In this document: positions 36,910-46,107 of the stretch, one piece after another
Position numbering within the stretch: the first letter of the stretch is position 1
How the letters are laid out: each line of letters opens with the position of its first letter
DNA from: Abditibacterium sp.
GTDB lineage: Bacteria > Armatimonadota > Abditibacteriia > Abditibacteriales > Abditibacteriaceae
Assembly: GCA_965246885.1 (NCBI GenBank)
Contig: OZ251992.1
Span: 1,120,001-1,184,000 of the forward strand
Direction: 5' to 3'
Length of the DNA: 64,000 nucleotides
Made by a program: the position numbers and the translations under genes
Notes under the pieces: model-generated
What the model saw: only the letters and a program-made list of their open reading frames with translations
The model's database searches: none
Told to the model about the DNA's origin: nothing

Positions 36910-37784
36910 TGTGGCACAACCCCACTCACAGGCAAAAGCGCCGCCACGTCCACATCTTCTATGGGGCGGCGCGCGATGTCGTGCCACCGGCACGCCTCCT
37001 CGCTTGGCCCGTCCTCGCTCGTAAACATCTTCGCCCAGCGCCGCTTGAACTCCAAGGCGTTCTTGGCGGTGACGTAGCGAAAATTGATGTCACTCGACCC
37101 CGCCGTTGTCGTGTGCTCGAAGTGCAGCACTTCAACTCGCGGGTCGGCCCACAGCGAGAACCCCGCCGCGCGCGCGCGAAAACAGAAATCTATGTCTTCG
37201 TATTGCACCGGTGAGAACGCCTCATCCAGCGCGCCGATGCGCTCGAACACTTCGCGCCGCGCCAGCCACGCGGCGGAAATGGCGGCTTGAACCTTGAACG
37301 GGAGGGACAGCGACTGGCGCGCTTCGCCGCGTCCGATGTACTGGATGCGCCCGGTTTTTGAGACGCCCGCACCGCAGCACTCGATGGCAGACGGCGCCCA
37401 AGGAAAGAGGAGTTTCGGGCAGACAAGCGCGCAGTCGGGTGTGTCGTGAAGGAAGTCGCTCAAGCGCTCCAACCAGTCGGTCTGGGCGCAAACCGTATCG
37501 TTATCCAGAAACGCGACCAGTTCCCCTTCGCACTCGGCGAGGGCCGCGTTGCGCCCCCGGATGGCGCCAATGTTTTCCGGGAAATGGAGCCGCTTGAAGG
37601 CGATGCCTACGCGCGCGGCGAGGAGTTCCCATGCGTCCAAGACGGCGGGCGTTTCGTCGCGTGAGCCGTTGTCCACGTTCACGATTTGCAGAGGGCGAAC
37701 CGTCGAAGCCAACAGCGAGGCAAGGCACGCCCGCGAATACGGCGCTTTATCGTGATGGAGCACGACGACGGACACGGATGGCAT
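36906..37784 (-). CDS. Glycosyltransferase family 2
   Basis: VDNGSRD, GRNAAL, FLDND, YEDIDFCFRA. Confidence 0.92.
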   Translation of the reverse strand: MPSVSVVVLHHDKAPYSRACLASLLASTVRPLQIVNVDNGSRDETPAVLDAWELLAARVGIAFKRLHFPENIGAIRGRNAALAECEGELVAFLDNDTVCAQTDWLERLSDFLHDTPDCALVCPKLLFPWAPSAIECCGAGVSKTGRIQYIGRGEARQSLSLPFKVQAAISAAWLARREVFERIGALDEAFSPVQYEDIDFCFRARAAGFSLWADPRVEVLHFEHTTTAGSSDINFRYVTAKNALEFKRRWAKMFTSEDGPSEEACRWHDIARRPIEDVDVAALLPVSGVVPQ

Positions 37785-37837
37785 GGAGAGCGCGCAGTTT
37801 AAAGCAGGGAGCAGAATGGGGAACGCGACCCGCACAA

Positions 37838-37870
37838 CCCCGTCCCCTGCTTGGCAAGCAGGGGATGGGG
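37838..37870. repeat. GC-rich hairpin related to the 7874-7906 hairpin
   Basis: CCCCGTCCCCTGCTT-GGC-AAGCAGGGGATGGGG; shares the CCCGTCCCCT...AGGGGAYGGG arms. Confidence 0.6.
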
Positions 37871-37883
37871 AAAAGGCTTCCAC

Positions 37884-38573
37884 TTACGCCCTAATTTTCG
37901 CGGTTTTGGTGGCCCTTTTGGTTTCCATCGTGGGCGCCGAATTTTCGCCCGCCATGCGCAGCACCGTCAAAGTGTTGTTTGGCTCCGTGATGGGCGCGCT
38001 TTGCCCCGCGACGCCCGCCGCTTGTAGCGCGCCCGCCCACGAGCCGAAGTTTTCTTTGCGGCGCGCGGCGCGGTAGATGCCCGGTTCGTGCTCTTCGATA
38101 TAAGCCCAGCCAAGCGGCTTGCCTTGCGCGGCCAACTGCTGAATGGTGCGCAGGATGCGCGCTTGTGTCCATACCCGACTTTCGCGCATCTGTTCGTGGT
38201 CGAGGCCCGCCGCTTCCACTGCCCGGCGCCACGAGCCAAAGTAGCGGTGCGCGCACGCCGCCAGATAAAGGCTGCGGTTGCGCGTCTTGAAGCGCGGATC
38301 AAGCAGGTCATGGCCCTGCGCGTGCATCTCGCGGATGCGCGCCAGTATTTCGTCGCGCGTCCAGCGCGTCTTAATGCGCTTAAAGTCGCTGTACTCGAAG
38401 CCCGCCTCTTCGACGGCGGTTCGCCACGAGCCAAAGTGCGACCCCGACCGCGCCGACGAGAACAGCGCCGAATGGGTGCGCTGGATGGAAGTGGGCGACA
38501 AATCTACCCCCTCCGCTTGAAGTTTTTGAATCTCGGCGATGAGTTTTTCTCTTGTCCAAACACGGCCCGGCAT
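37884..38573 (-). CDS. Protein made of three homing-endonuclease-associated-like repeats (WT...FGSW..A...AG), no nuclease domain
   Basis: Three ~63-aa repeats ending HFGSWRTAVEEAG, YFGSWRRAVEAAG and NFGSWAGALQAAG. Confidence 0.75.
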   Translation of the reverse strand: MPGRVWTREKLIAEIQKLQAEGVDLSPTSIQRTHSALFSSARSGSHFGSWRTAVEEAGFEYSDFKRIKTRWTRDEILARIREMHAQGHDLLDPRFKTRNRSLYLAACAHRYFGSWRRAVEAAGLDHEQMRESRVWTQARILRTIQQLAAQGKPLGWAYIEEHEPGIYRAARRKENFGSWAGALQAAGVAGQSAPITEPNNTLTVLRMAGENSAPTMETKRATKTAKIRA

Positions 38574-38772
38574 AATAAAGTAGCTCCCCAACGGTTCGTG
38601 GGCCACGACTTTCCACGCAAGGAAGTCGAGCGCTCTCTTGTACCGTTGCAACTTATCATACAACACGCTGGACGTTTTGTCACGAAAACTTGCCCGGCTC
38701 CGGCCTTCCGATTCCCCTTGATTTTAGGCTTGCCCTTTGGAAACCGGAGCCGCGACAAGCGCTGGCCGCTTT

Positions 38773-39429
38773 TTAGTCGGCGACGGGGTCAATCAAGCCG
38801 TAACCGCCGCTCGACCGCTTGTAGACCACCCCGACCGAGCCGTCTTTGGCGTGCCGGAACACGAAGAAGCTGTGGCCGAGCAAGTCCATTTGCAAAGCCG
38901 CTTCGTCGGGCGACATCGGCTTAAGCGCGAACTTCTTGACGCGCACAAGCGAATCGCCGTTGACATCGCCTTCTAAGGAGTTCGCATCGGGGGTAAAAGC
39001 CGGGGTGCCGACTTCGGGCGCGGCCTTGGGTTGCGCGAGCGCCGACAAAGTGGCCGTTGCGGGCATGTCGCCGTCATGCGCGGTTTTGGGATGCAGCACG
39101 ACGCCGTTGACATCGTCGCGGTTGTTGTGGCGACGCGAGCGGTGCTGGAGCTTGTCCTTGTAGCGGCTCAGTTGCGCTTGCAACTTGGCGCAAGCGGCGT
39201 CGAAGGCCGCGCGGCAATCGTGGGCGCGCTCCTCGGCACGAGTGACGACCCCCGCCGCAAACAGGGTGATCTCCGCGACATGGTAGCCGCGCTCCACCCG
39301 CAAGCGAATCTGCGCGTCATCAATGCGCGACCAGACTTTATCCAACCCTTGCAACTTCGATTCAAAATGGGCGCGCAGCGAAGCATTGACCTCGCACCCG
39401 CGCGCTTGCACACTCACAGAAGACAACAT
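38773..39429 (-). CDS. hpf: Ribosome hibernation promoting factor, long form
   Basis: RaiA/HPF N-domain plus C-terminal VRVKKFALKPMSPDEAALQMDLLGHSFFVF...VVYKR..GGYGLI. Confidence 0.92.
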   Translation of the reverse strand: MLSSVSVQARGCEVNASLRAHFESKLQGLDKVWSRIDDAQIRLRVERGYHVAEITLFAAGVVTRAEERAHDCRAAFDAACAKLQAQLSRYKDKLQHRSRRHNNRDDVNGVVLHPKTAHDGDMPATATLSALAQPKAAPEVGTPAFTPDANSLEGDVNGDSLVRVKKFALKPMSPDEAALQMDLLGHSFFVFRHAKDGSVGVVYKRSSGGYGLIDPVAD

Positions 39430-39540
39430 GCAACCATCTCCTTGCCCGCCCTCGCCTTGGAGTTGCTCGATTGCTCGAACAAGCGAGAGCGGTTATTTTC
39501 TCAAGTTCAAACCGGTGTGTGAACCTGCTAAAACCAATCT

Positions 39541-40023
39541 TTAGCCCCTCTTACTCAATAGCGCGACCGCATGACAAATCATGCCCAACCCGGCGCCGAC
39601 ATCGTCCAACCCTTCGCCGGTTTTGCCGCGCACGTTAACGCGGTCTTCCTCGACACCCAAGCGGCGCGCGATGCTCGCCTTCATCGCTCCGGTATAAGGA
39701 GAGATTTTCGGCTTTTGGGCGACTAACACGCAGTCCACGTTGCCGATTTCCCACCCGCTCGCGCGCACCTTGGCCACCACCTGCGCGAGTAAGATGCCGG
39801 AGTCGGCATCCTTCCACGCGCCGTCAGTGTCGGGAAAAAGCTGGCCAATGTCGGGCAACCCCGCCGCGCCGCACAGGGCGTCCGTGAGCGCGTGGAAAAC
39901 CACATCGGCGTCAGAGTGCCCCTGCAAACCCATCTCAAACGGCACATGGACGCCCGCCAACACCAAGCGCCGACCGACCTCCAAGCGGTGCGAATCATAG
40001 CCCAAGCCGATGCGAAATTCCAT
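39541..40023 (-). CDS. ispF: 2-C-methyl-D-erythritol 2,4-cyclodiphosphate synthase
   Basis: RIGLGYDSH, GHSDADV, DIGQLFPD. Confidence 0.95.
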   Translation of the reverse strand: MEFRIGLGYDSHRLEVGRRLVLAGVHVPFEMGLQGHSDADVVFHALTDALCGAAGLPDIGQLFPDTDGAWKDADSGILLAQVVAKVRASGWEIGNVDCVLVAQKPKISPYTGAMKASIARRLGVEEDRVNVRGKTGEGLDDVGAGLGMICHAVALLSKRG

Positions 40024-40138
40024 AATCAAGGGATGGCCCGCCTCGGCGGACGATTCATTAGGTTAAATAAGCCGCCCGCCCATGCGCGCCGCCTATCCGC
40101 CGGGTCGCGCCACCAAAAGAATTAAGCGCGCCGTCCGT

Positions 40139-40175
40139 GCGCCCATGCCGGTGAACGGTTCACCGGCATGGGCGC
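40139..40175. repeat. Perfect 18-bp palindrome between ispD and ispF
   Basis: GCGCCCATGCCGGTGAAC-G-GTTCACCGGCATGGGCGC. Confidence 0.8.
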
Positions 40176-40178
40176 CGC

Positions 40179-40883
40179 TTAACCCCGCGACAATATCTCT
40201 TCGGCGCGCGCCAAGTCGTCGGGGAACGTCACCTTGAAATTGAGCGGCTCTCCCTGCACGAGCGCGACGCGCCCACCCGCGTGCTCGACCAAGGACGAAC
40301 AATCGGTGCCCACGAACCCCGTTTCCCGCGCTTTTTGAAAGGCCCGCAACAGCGTCCCGCGCCAGAACACTTGCGGCGTTTGCGCCAGCCAAACGCGCTC
40401 GCGCGCGAGTGTGGACTCGATCTCGTCGCGCTTCTTGTCGCTCGCCCATTTGACGGTATCCGACGCTCCTAAAGCGGCGATGGCTGCGCCACTACGGATG
40501 CCGCGCGCTGTTGTTCGCACGAGCAGGCCGTTTGAAACGCAAGGCCGCGCCGCGTCGTGAACTAAAACATACGCGCCGCTCGCCGCGCGCACTCCGGCCT
40601 CGACCGACTCCTGCCGCGTGTCGCCGCCCTGCACGACGGAAAACTCCACGTCCTTTGGCACTTCAGGGCAGGCCGTGCGTACTAACCCGAACTCTTCGGC
40701 GCGCGCGACGACGATGAGTTCGAGTAAGCGCGCGTTCGCTTCATGCCACGCCGCGCAAAGCAACGCTTCAAGCGTCCACGTTAACAAGGGGCGCTCTAAA
40801 AGGGGTGCGAGGATTTTGTTGCCGTTAAGTCCGGCTCTTGCGCCGCATCCCGCCGCCGGAACGATTGCCGTAATCGTCACCAT
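40179..40883 (-). CDS. ispD: 2-C-methyl-D-erythritol 4-phosphate cytidylyltransferase
   Basis: IVPAAGCGAR, GGDTRQESV, VHDAARP, QTPQVF, NFKVTFPDDL; AAGGAGG SD. Confidence 0.95.
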   Translation of the reverse strand: MVTITAIVPAAGCGARAGLNGNKILAPLLERPLLTWTLEALLCAAWHEANARLLELIVVARAEEFGLVRTACPEVPKDVEFSVVQGGDTRQESVEAGVRAASGAYVLVHDAARPCVSNGLLVRTTARGIRSGAAIAALGASDTVKWASDKKRDEIESTLARERVWLAQTPQVFWRGTLLRAFQKARETGFVGTDCSSLVEHAGGRVALVQGEPLNFKVTFPDDLARAEEILSRG

Positions 40884-42087
40884 TTCTGCCTCCTTTGTCG
40901 CCGTTCTTGTTGCCGTCGCCAAATAAATCGTCGCCGGTGCCGCGCATGCTGGGTTTGGCGGGTTCTTTGTCTTTGTCGCGCATTTCGGCGAAGATCATCT
41001 TGCCCGCGACCGTCTGGTAAACGGTCGAGATAATGACCGCGCAGGTTTCGCCGATGTGTTGATAAGCGTCCGTCACGACGACCATCGTGCCGTCGTCGAG
41101 ATAGCCCACGCCTTGCGTCGGCTCCTTGCCTTCTTTGACGAGGGTGATTTGCATCTCCTCGCCGGGAAGCACGACCGGTTTGATGGCCTGCGCCAGTTCG
41201 TTGAGGTTGAGCACGCGCACGCCTTGCAACTCCGCGACTTTGTTGAGATTGAAGTCGTTGGTGATGATGACGCCCTCGCGCTCGCGCGCCAGTTGCACGA
41301 GCTTGGAATCAACGGCGTGGATTTTGTTGACCTGCGCCGAGAAGTCGCCCAAAACATGCACGACCGGCACCATCACCGGTTGACCGTTGACGGTGTGCGG
41401 CTCGGTGAGTTCTTTCATGGCGTTGAGTACGTCCAACCCGCGCCGTCCGCGCGCGCGGCGGATGGAATCGGACGAGTCGGCGATGTGTTGCACTTCTTCG
41501 AGGACAAAGGTGGGGATGTAGATTGGCCCTTCGATGAAGCCGGTTTTGCACAGGTCGTTGAGGCGCCCGTCAATGATGATGTTGGTGTCGAGGAACTTGG
41601 CGCGCGCGCCGTGTGTAGCGCCGGGCTTTTGTTCTTCTAATTGAGGGAAAACCCGCAGCATCTCGGCGCGCATGCTGCCCAAAAGCGCCATGCCGATGGC
41701 GGAGCACACCAGCATCACGCAGAACTTGGTGCCGATGACGAGGGGGGTGTTGACCTGAAAGGGGACGGTGATGAGCACGCCGAACAAGAGGCCGAGTAGC
41801 GCGCCCGCGATGCCAAGCACGCGGTCGGCGGCGGAGAATTGGTTGGTTTGGCGAAGCCCGGCCAAGATGACTTTGTCGGCGAAAAAGACGCCAAAGCGAG
41901 CGCCCACGACCAACAAGCCCAACCCGATGACGAAGGGCACGACCGCGCTCACACCCCCCGGTGCCGAGCCGTAGTAGTCCGGCAAAAGGGAGTAGATGTA
42001 GTAGTGGCCGAGCAAATACCCGCCCACCAAGCCGACGACGCCAAACAGCAGCGTCATCACGATCCACACAAAGCGTTGAATGTTCAT
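40825..42087 (-). CDS. Membrane PIN/TRAM domain protein (YacL-like)
   Basis: 4 TMs, LDTNIIIDGR, RARGRRGLDVL, TNDFNLNKVA, QGVGYLDDGTMVVV, QTVAGKMIFA. Confidence 0.92.
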   Translation of the reverse strand: MNIQRFVWIVMTLLFGVVGLVGGYLLGHYYIYSLLPDYYGSAPGGVSAVVPFVIGLGLLVVGARFGVFFADKVILAGLRQTNQFSAADRVLGIAGALLGLLFGVLITVPFQVNTPLVIGTKFCVMLVCSAIGMALLGSMRAEMLRVFPQLEEQKPGATHGARAKFLDTNIIIDGRLNDLCKTGFIEGPIYIPTFVLEEVQHIADSSDSIRRARGRRGLDVLNAMKELTEPHTVNGQPVMVPVVHVLGDFSAQVNKIHAVDSKLVQLAREREGVIITNDFNLNKVAELQGVRVLNLNELAQAIKPVVLPGEEMQITLVKEGKEPTQGVGYLDDGTMVVVTDAYQHIGETCAVIISTVYQTVAGKMIFAEMRDKDKEPAKPSMRGTGDDLFGDGNKNGDKGGRNGDDYGNRSGGGMRRKSRT

Positions 42088-42225
42088 TAGAAAAGCCGCA
42101 CCGGGATAATGGCAGAAACCTAAGTGTGCGGGGTAAACCGGGGGCGCGGGCGAAGTTTTTCCCGGTTTGGGCAAGGAAAGGGGGAGAAGGAGAGCTTGGC
42201 GGCTTATTCTTTCGCGCGTTGCTCC

Positions 42226-43734
42226 TTACATCTCGACGCCGAATTCGTCGCGCCCGCGCTCCTGATCCCGTTCCACCCCGCGCGGCGGGCGCTTGTCGCG
42301 TCCGCCTGATTCCCCGTTACCCCGCCCGCTACGTTCGCCCCGCGACAAGAGGGCATCTGGCAGATACCGTTCGATGGCCTCGCGCAGGTTGGCCACGCCC
42401 TTGGCTACAAACTCGCCGCGCCGCGCGCGTTCTTCCAAACCGGCGCGAGGCGATAAGCACTCGGCGAAGCCCAAGCGCGTCGCTTCCGTTTCCCGTCGCG
42501 CGGCGTGACCGACAGCGCGCACTTCGCCCGCCAAGCCGACCTCGCCCCACGCGCACAAGTTCTTGGGGAGCGGGCAGTCTTTCAAACTCGACACGACGGC
42601 GAGGGCAATAGCCAAATCCAGCGCCGGTTCGGTCACTTTGACGCCGCCCGCGACGTTAACATAGACATCCATATCGCCCAGCCGCAACCCCAAACGCTTT
42701 TCGATGACCGCCAACACGACGAGGACGCGGTTATAATCGGCGCCCGTCACCACGCGGCGCGGCGCCGCGAAGTAAGAGGGCGCGCAAAGGGCTTGCACCT
42801 CGACCAGCAAGGGCCGCGCGCCCTCGACTACCGCCGCGACCGCCGACCCCGGCGCGTTTTCGGGGCGCTGCGAGAGGAAGAGGAGAGATGGGTTTTCGAC
42901 CGACACCATACCCGCGTCGCTCATCTCGAATACGCCGAGTTCGTTGGTCGAGCCAAAGCGGTTCTTGAGCGCGCGCAAGAGGCGGAACTGGTTATGCTCG
43001 TCGCCTTCCAACTGGAGCACGCAGTCCACAATGTGTTCCAAAGCGCGCGGCCCGGCTAAGTTGCCTTCCTTCGTGACGTGCCCGACCAAGAAGATGGGGA
43101 CATCCAACTCTTTCGCTACCCTTTGGAGCGTCGTCGCGGCTTCGCGGACTTGGGTGATGGTGCCCGGAGAGGAGTCGAGCGAGGGGTGTTGCACTGTCTG
43201 GATGGAGTCCACGACGGCGATGGCGGGCTTAATGGCGCGGATGTGCGCCTCGATTTGCGTCAGGTCGGTCTCGGCGCCGAGCAACAAGTCGTCGGAGTCC
43301 AGCCCCAATCGCTGCGCCCGCAATCCGACCTGCGAGACCGACTCCTCGCCCGACAAATACAGCGCCGAGCCTTGCGAGCGCGCAATCCGCACCGCCGCTT
43401 CGATGAGCAGGGTAGATTTCCCGATGCCCGGATCGCCGCCAATCAGCACCAAACTTCCCGGCACCACGCCCCCGCCGAGCACGCGGTCGAGTTCGGGCAT
43501 CATCGTCGAATAACGGTCTTTGCGCTCCCCTTCAATCTGCGACAACGGACGCGGCGCCGCCGAGGAGAGGTTGGACGGCGCGCGCGACAACCCCGCCTTG
43601 GAAGACTTAGGCGGCGCCACCACGTTCTCTTCGGAAAACGTCGAAAACGCTTGGCAATCCGGGCAGCGCCCCAACCATTTCGCCGATTTAAAGCCGCACG
43701 CCTGACAGGTGAACTGGGAGGTAGGTTTCGCCAT
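42226..43734 (-). CDS. radA: DNA repair protein RadA/Sms
   Basis: CQACG..KWLGRCPDC, GDPGIGKSTLL, KNRFG, GEVGLAGEVR. Confidence 0.97.
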   Translation of the reverse strand: MAKPTSQFTCQACGFKSAKWLGRCPDCQAFSTFSEENVVAPPKSSKAGLSRAPSNLSSAAPRPLSQIEGERKDRYSTMMPELDRVLGGGVVPGSLVLIGGDPGIGKSTLLIEAAVRIARSQGSALYLSGEESVSQVGLRAQRLGLDSDDLLLGAETDLTQIEAHIRAIKPAIAVVDSIQTVQHPSLDSSPGTITQVREAATTLQRVAKELDVPIFLVGHVTKEGNLAGPRALEHIVDCVLQLEGDEHNQFRLLRALKNRFGSTNELGVFEMSDAGMVSVENPSLLFLSQRPENAPGSAVAAVVEGARPLLVEVQALCAPSYFAAPRRVVTGADYNRVLVVLAVIEKRLGLRLGDMDVYVNVAGGVKVTEPALDLAIALAVVSSLKDCPLPKNLCAWGEVGLAGEVRAVGHAARRETEATRLGFAECLSPRAGLEERARRGEFVAKGVANLREAIERYLPDALLSRGERSGRGNGESGGRDKRPPRGVERDQERGRDEFGVEM

Positions 43735-43789
43735 TGAGGTGGGATAGACGAACGTGGGCGGGCGAGGTCGCGTAAGAACAGGCCGATAC

Positions 43790-43915
43790 CGCGTCCGGCA
43801 GGACGCTTGGCGAAGCCGGATGCCGGGGGTTTCATACCCCCGAACACCTGTAACTGGGCAAGCGGTGATATAAAATCACCGGCATCCGGCTTCGCCAAGC
43901 GTCCTGCCGGACGCG
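43790..43915. repeat. 126-bp element with 37-bp perfect terminal inverted repeats
   Basis: 43790-43826 is the exact reverse complement of 43879-43915; 52-nt AT-richer centre. Confidence 0.88.
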
Positions 43916-43996
43916 ACAAGCAATCGGCCCGTCCACATTCCCACTGGCAACATCGGCGCACTGCGAGTTGGCTATTCTTAAGCGCAATCTTTATCC

Positions 43997-45361
43997 ATGA
44001 CACCCCCTGAATTTACGGCTCCCATCGCGGCGAGCGTTTTGGTCATTGACGACGAGAAGAAGTTGGCCGGCCTGTTCGCCGAGATTCTTGAAGGCGAAGG
44101 GCTGGTCGTTCATCAGGCGCATCGGGGCGCCGATGGTTTGGCCAAGTTGGACGCCCTGATAGACGAGATTGGCATGGTCTTTACCGACATGAAGCTGCCC
44201 GACATGACGGGCAACGACGTATTGCGCGAGGTAAAGCGGCGCCGCCAAGACTTGCCCGTCGTCGTCGTGACGGGCTTTGCGACCAAGGACGGCGCGGTCG
44301 AGGCGATGCGCTTGGGCGCCTACGATTACCTTTCCAAGCCATTCAAAATCGAGGAAGTCACCCTCGTCGCGCGCCGCGCGATGGAACGGTCGCGCTTGAT
44401 AGACGAGAACCGCTACCTCCAGAACGAACTGCAGTCGCGCTACAAGTTCGAGACCGTCATCGGCGACAACGAGCGGATGCAGGCCGCCTACGTCACCGCC
44501 GCCAAAGTCGCCAAATCGACCGCGACAGTTCTCATCACCGGCGAATCGGGCACGGGCAAGGAGGTGTTGGCGCGCGCCATTCACTTCCAATCCACGCGCG
44601 CCGACAAGCCCTTTGTCAAGGTCAACTGCGCGGCGCTACCCGAACACCTGCTCGAAGACGAACTGTTCGGCCACGAAAAAGGCGCCTTCACCGACGCGAG
44701 CGCCCAGCGCATCGGGCGCTTCGAGTGGGCGCACGGCGGCACGCTGTTCCTCGACGAAATCGGCGAAGTCGCTCCCGGCGTGCAAGTCAAGCTCTTGCGC
44801 GTTCTGCAAGAGCGCGAGTTTGAGCGCATCGGATCGAGCAAAACCATCAAAGTGGACGTTCGCATCGTCGCCGCGACCAACCGCGACTTGGGCCGCGCCA
44901 TCTCGGACGGCACCTTCCGCGAGGATTTGTTCTACCGCCTCAACGTCGTGCCCATCGAACTGCCGCCCCTGCGCGACCGTCCCTCCGACATCCCGTTTCT
45001 GGTCAACCATTTCCTGCGCAAATACGGCGAAGAAACGGGCCGCCCCGACATGAAAGTCACGCCCGAAGCCCTCGTCGCCCTCCAAGCCCACCCTTGGAAG
45101 GGCAATATCCGGGAGTTGGAAAACTCCATCGAGCGCGCCATGATTCTGGCCGAACGCGACGAAATCGAGCCGCGCCACCTGCTGATTGGCGCCGCCCTCA
45201 ACGCCGGAAACGCCTACATGCCCAACGCCGCCGCCAGTGCCGCCCTCCAAACCGTCCCCGAACTCGTCGCCCGCGCTTTGGAGCGCACCAACGGCGACGA
45301 AAAAGAAGCCGCCAAACTACTGGGCTGCGACGTGAAGACCGTGCGGGCGTGGAAGGAGTGA
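43997..45361 (+). CDS. Sigma-54-dependent response regulator (NtrC/AtoC family)
   Basis: Receiver (IDDE, TDMKLP, KPF), GESGTGKE, GAFTDA, LFLDEIGE, FREDLFYRLNV, C-terminal Fis-like HTH. Confidence 0.95.
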   Translation: MTPPEFTAPIAASVLVIDDEKKLAGLFAEILEGEGLVVHQAHRGADGLAKLDALIDEIGMVFTDMKLPDMTGNDVLREVKRRRQDLPVVVVTGFATKDGAVEAMRLGAYDYLSKPFKIEEVTLVARRAMERSRLIDENRYLQNELQSRYKFETVIGDNERMQAAYVTAAKVAKSTATVLITGESGTGKEVLARAIHFQSTRADKPFVKVNCAALPEHLLEDELFGHEKGAFTDASAQRIGRFEWAHGGTLFLDEIGEVAPGVQVKLLRVLQEREFERIGSSKTIKVDVRIVAATNRDLGRAISDGTFREDLFYRLNVVPIELPPLRDRPSDIPFLVNHFLRKYGEETGRPDMKVTPEALVALQAHPWKGNIRELENSIERAMILAERDEIEPRHLLIGAALNAGNAYMPNAAASAALQTVPELVARALERTNGDEKEAAKLLGCDVKTVRAWKE

Positions 45362-45364
45362 GAT

Positions 45365-45787
45365 ATGAAATCCGAATTAGAAGAGGCGCTCGAACTTAGA
45401 GACAACGCCGCCGTTGAGAGGGCCATCGAGAACGCATACCATTGCGGCCTCACCATCGAACTCGTCCCCGCGCTGCTGGCTCTGCTACCGGAGACATTTC
45501 ACACGCGACATGAAGACATCGTTCGCGCGCTTCAAGCCCTGAAAGACCCGCGCGCCGTGAACGCGCTTTACGACGCCGCGTTGGTGGAGCATCCCTACCT
45601 CGATTACGATGAAAACTTCGGGCTGGCGCGCAGATGCACTTGGGCTTTGGCCGACATCGGAACGCCCGAAGCGCGCCTTGCTTTGGAGAAGTTGGAAAAG
45701 AATCCCAACGCCCACATCGCCGGATACGCGAGGAGACGCCTTGCCAGTTGGGAGAAAGAACTTGGGAGGAAAGGGGCTTCCTCTTAA
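45365..45787 (+). CDS. HEAT/PBS-lyase repeat protein
   Basis: HEDIVRALQALKDPRAV, ARRCTWALADIGTPEA. Confidence 0.8.
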   Translation: MKSELEEALELRDNAAVERAIENAYHCGLTIELVPALLALLPETFHTRHEDIVRALQALKDPRAVNALYDAALVEHPYLDYDENFGLARRCTWALADIGTPEARLALEKLEKNPNAHIAGYARRRLASWEKELGRKGASS

Positions 45788-45805
45788 TAGGGCGCTTCCA
45801 AATCT

Positions 45806-46102
45806 ATGTCGCATCCCATTTACAAAGTCACGTCTGTCGAAGTCGTCGCGCCTTATACGCTGCGCGTTGGGTTTGGCGACGGCACACACCAACACATCAA
45901 CTTCGAGCCGATGCTGTTCGGGCCGCTTTTTGGCCCGCTCCGCGACCTCGCGCTGTTCGAGGGCGTCCACATTGACCCGGAAGTTCACACTCTCGTTTGG
46001 CCAAACGGCGCCGATTTCGACCCCGCCACGCTCCACGATTGGCCGCAACACGCGCAAGAGTTGGCGAGGCGCGCGCGTTCGTGGGAGTTGGCGGTGGTTT
46101 GA
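45806..46102 (+). CDS. DUF2442 domain protein
   Basis: YTLRVGFGDG, FGPLRD..LF..V, TLVWPNGADFDPATL. Confidence 0.88.
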   Translation: MSHPIYKVTSVEVVAPYTLRVGFGDGTHQHINFEPMLFGPLFGPLRDLALFEGVHIDPEVHTLVWPNGADFDPATLHDWPQHAQELARRARSWELAVV

Positions 46103-46107
46103 ACGCA

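Noticed and set aside
42088..42225. disA between radA and the PIN/TRAM gene
   Set aside because: The gap is only about 140 bp; no remnant is recognisable
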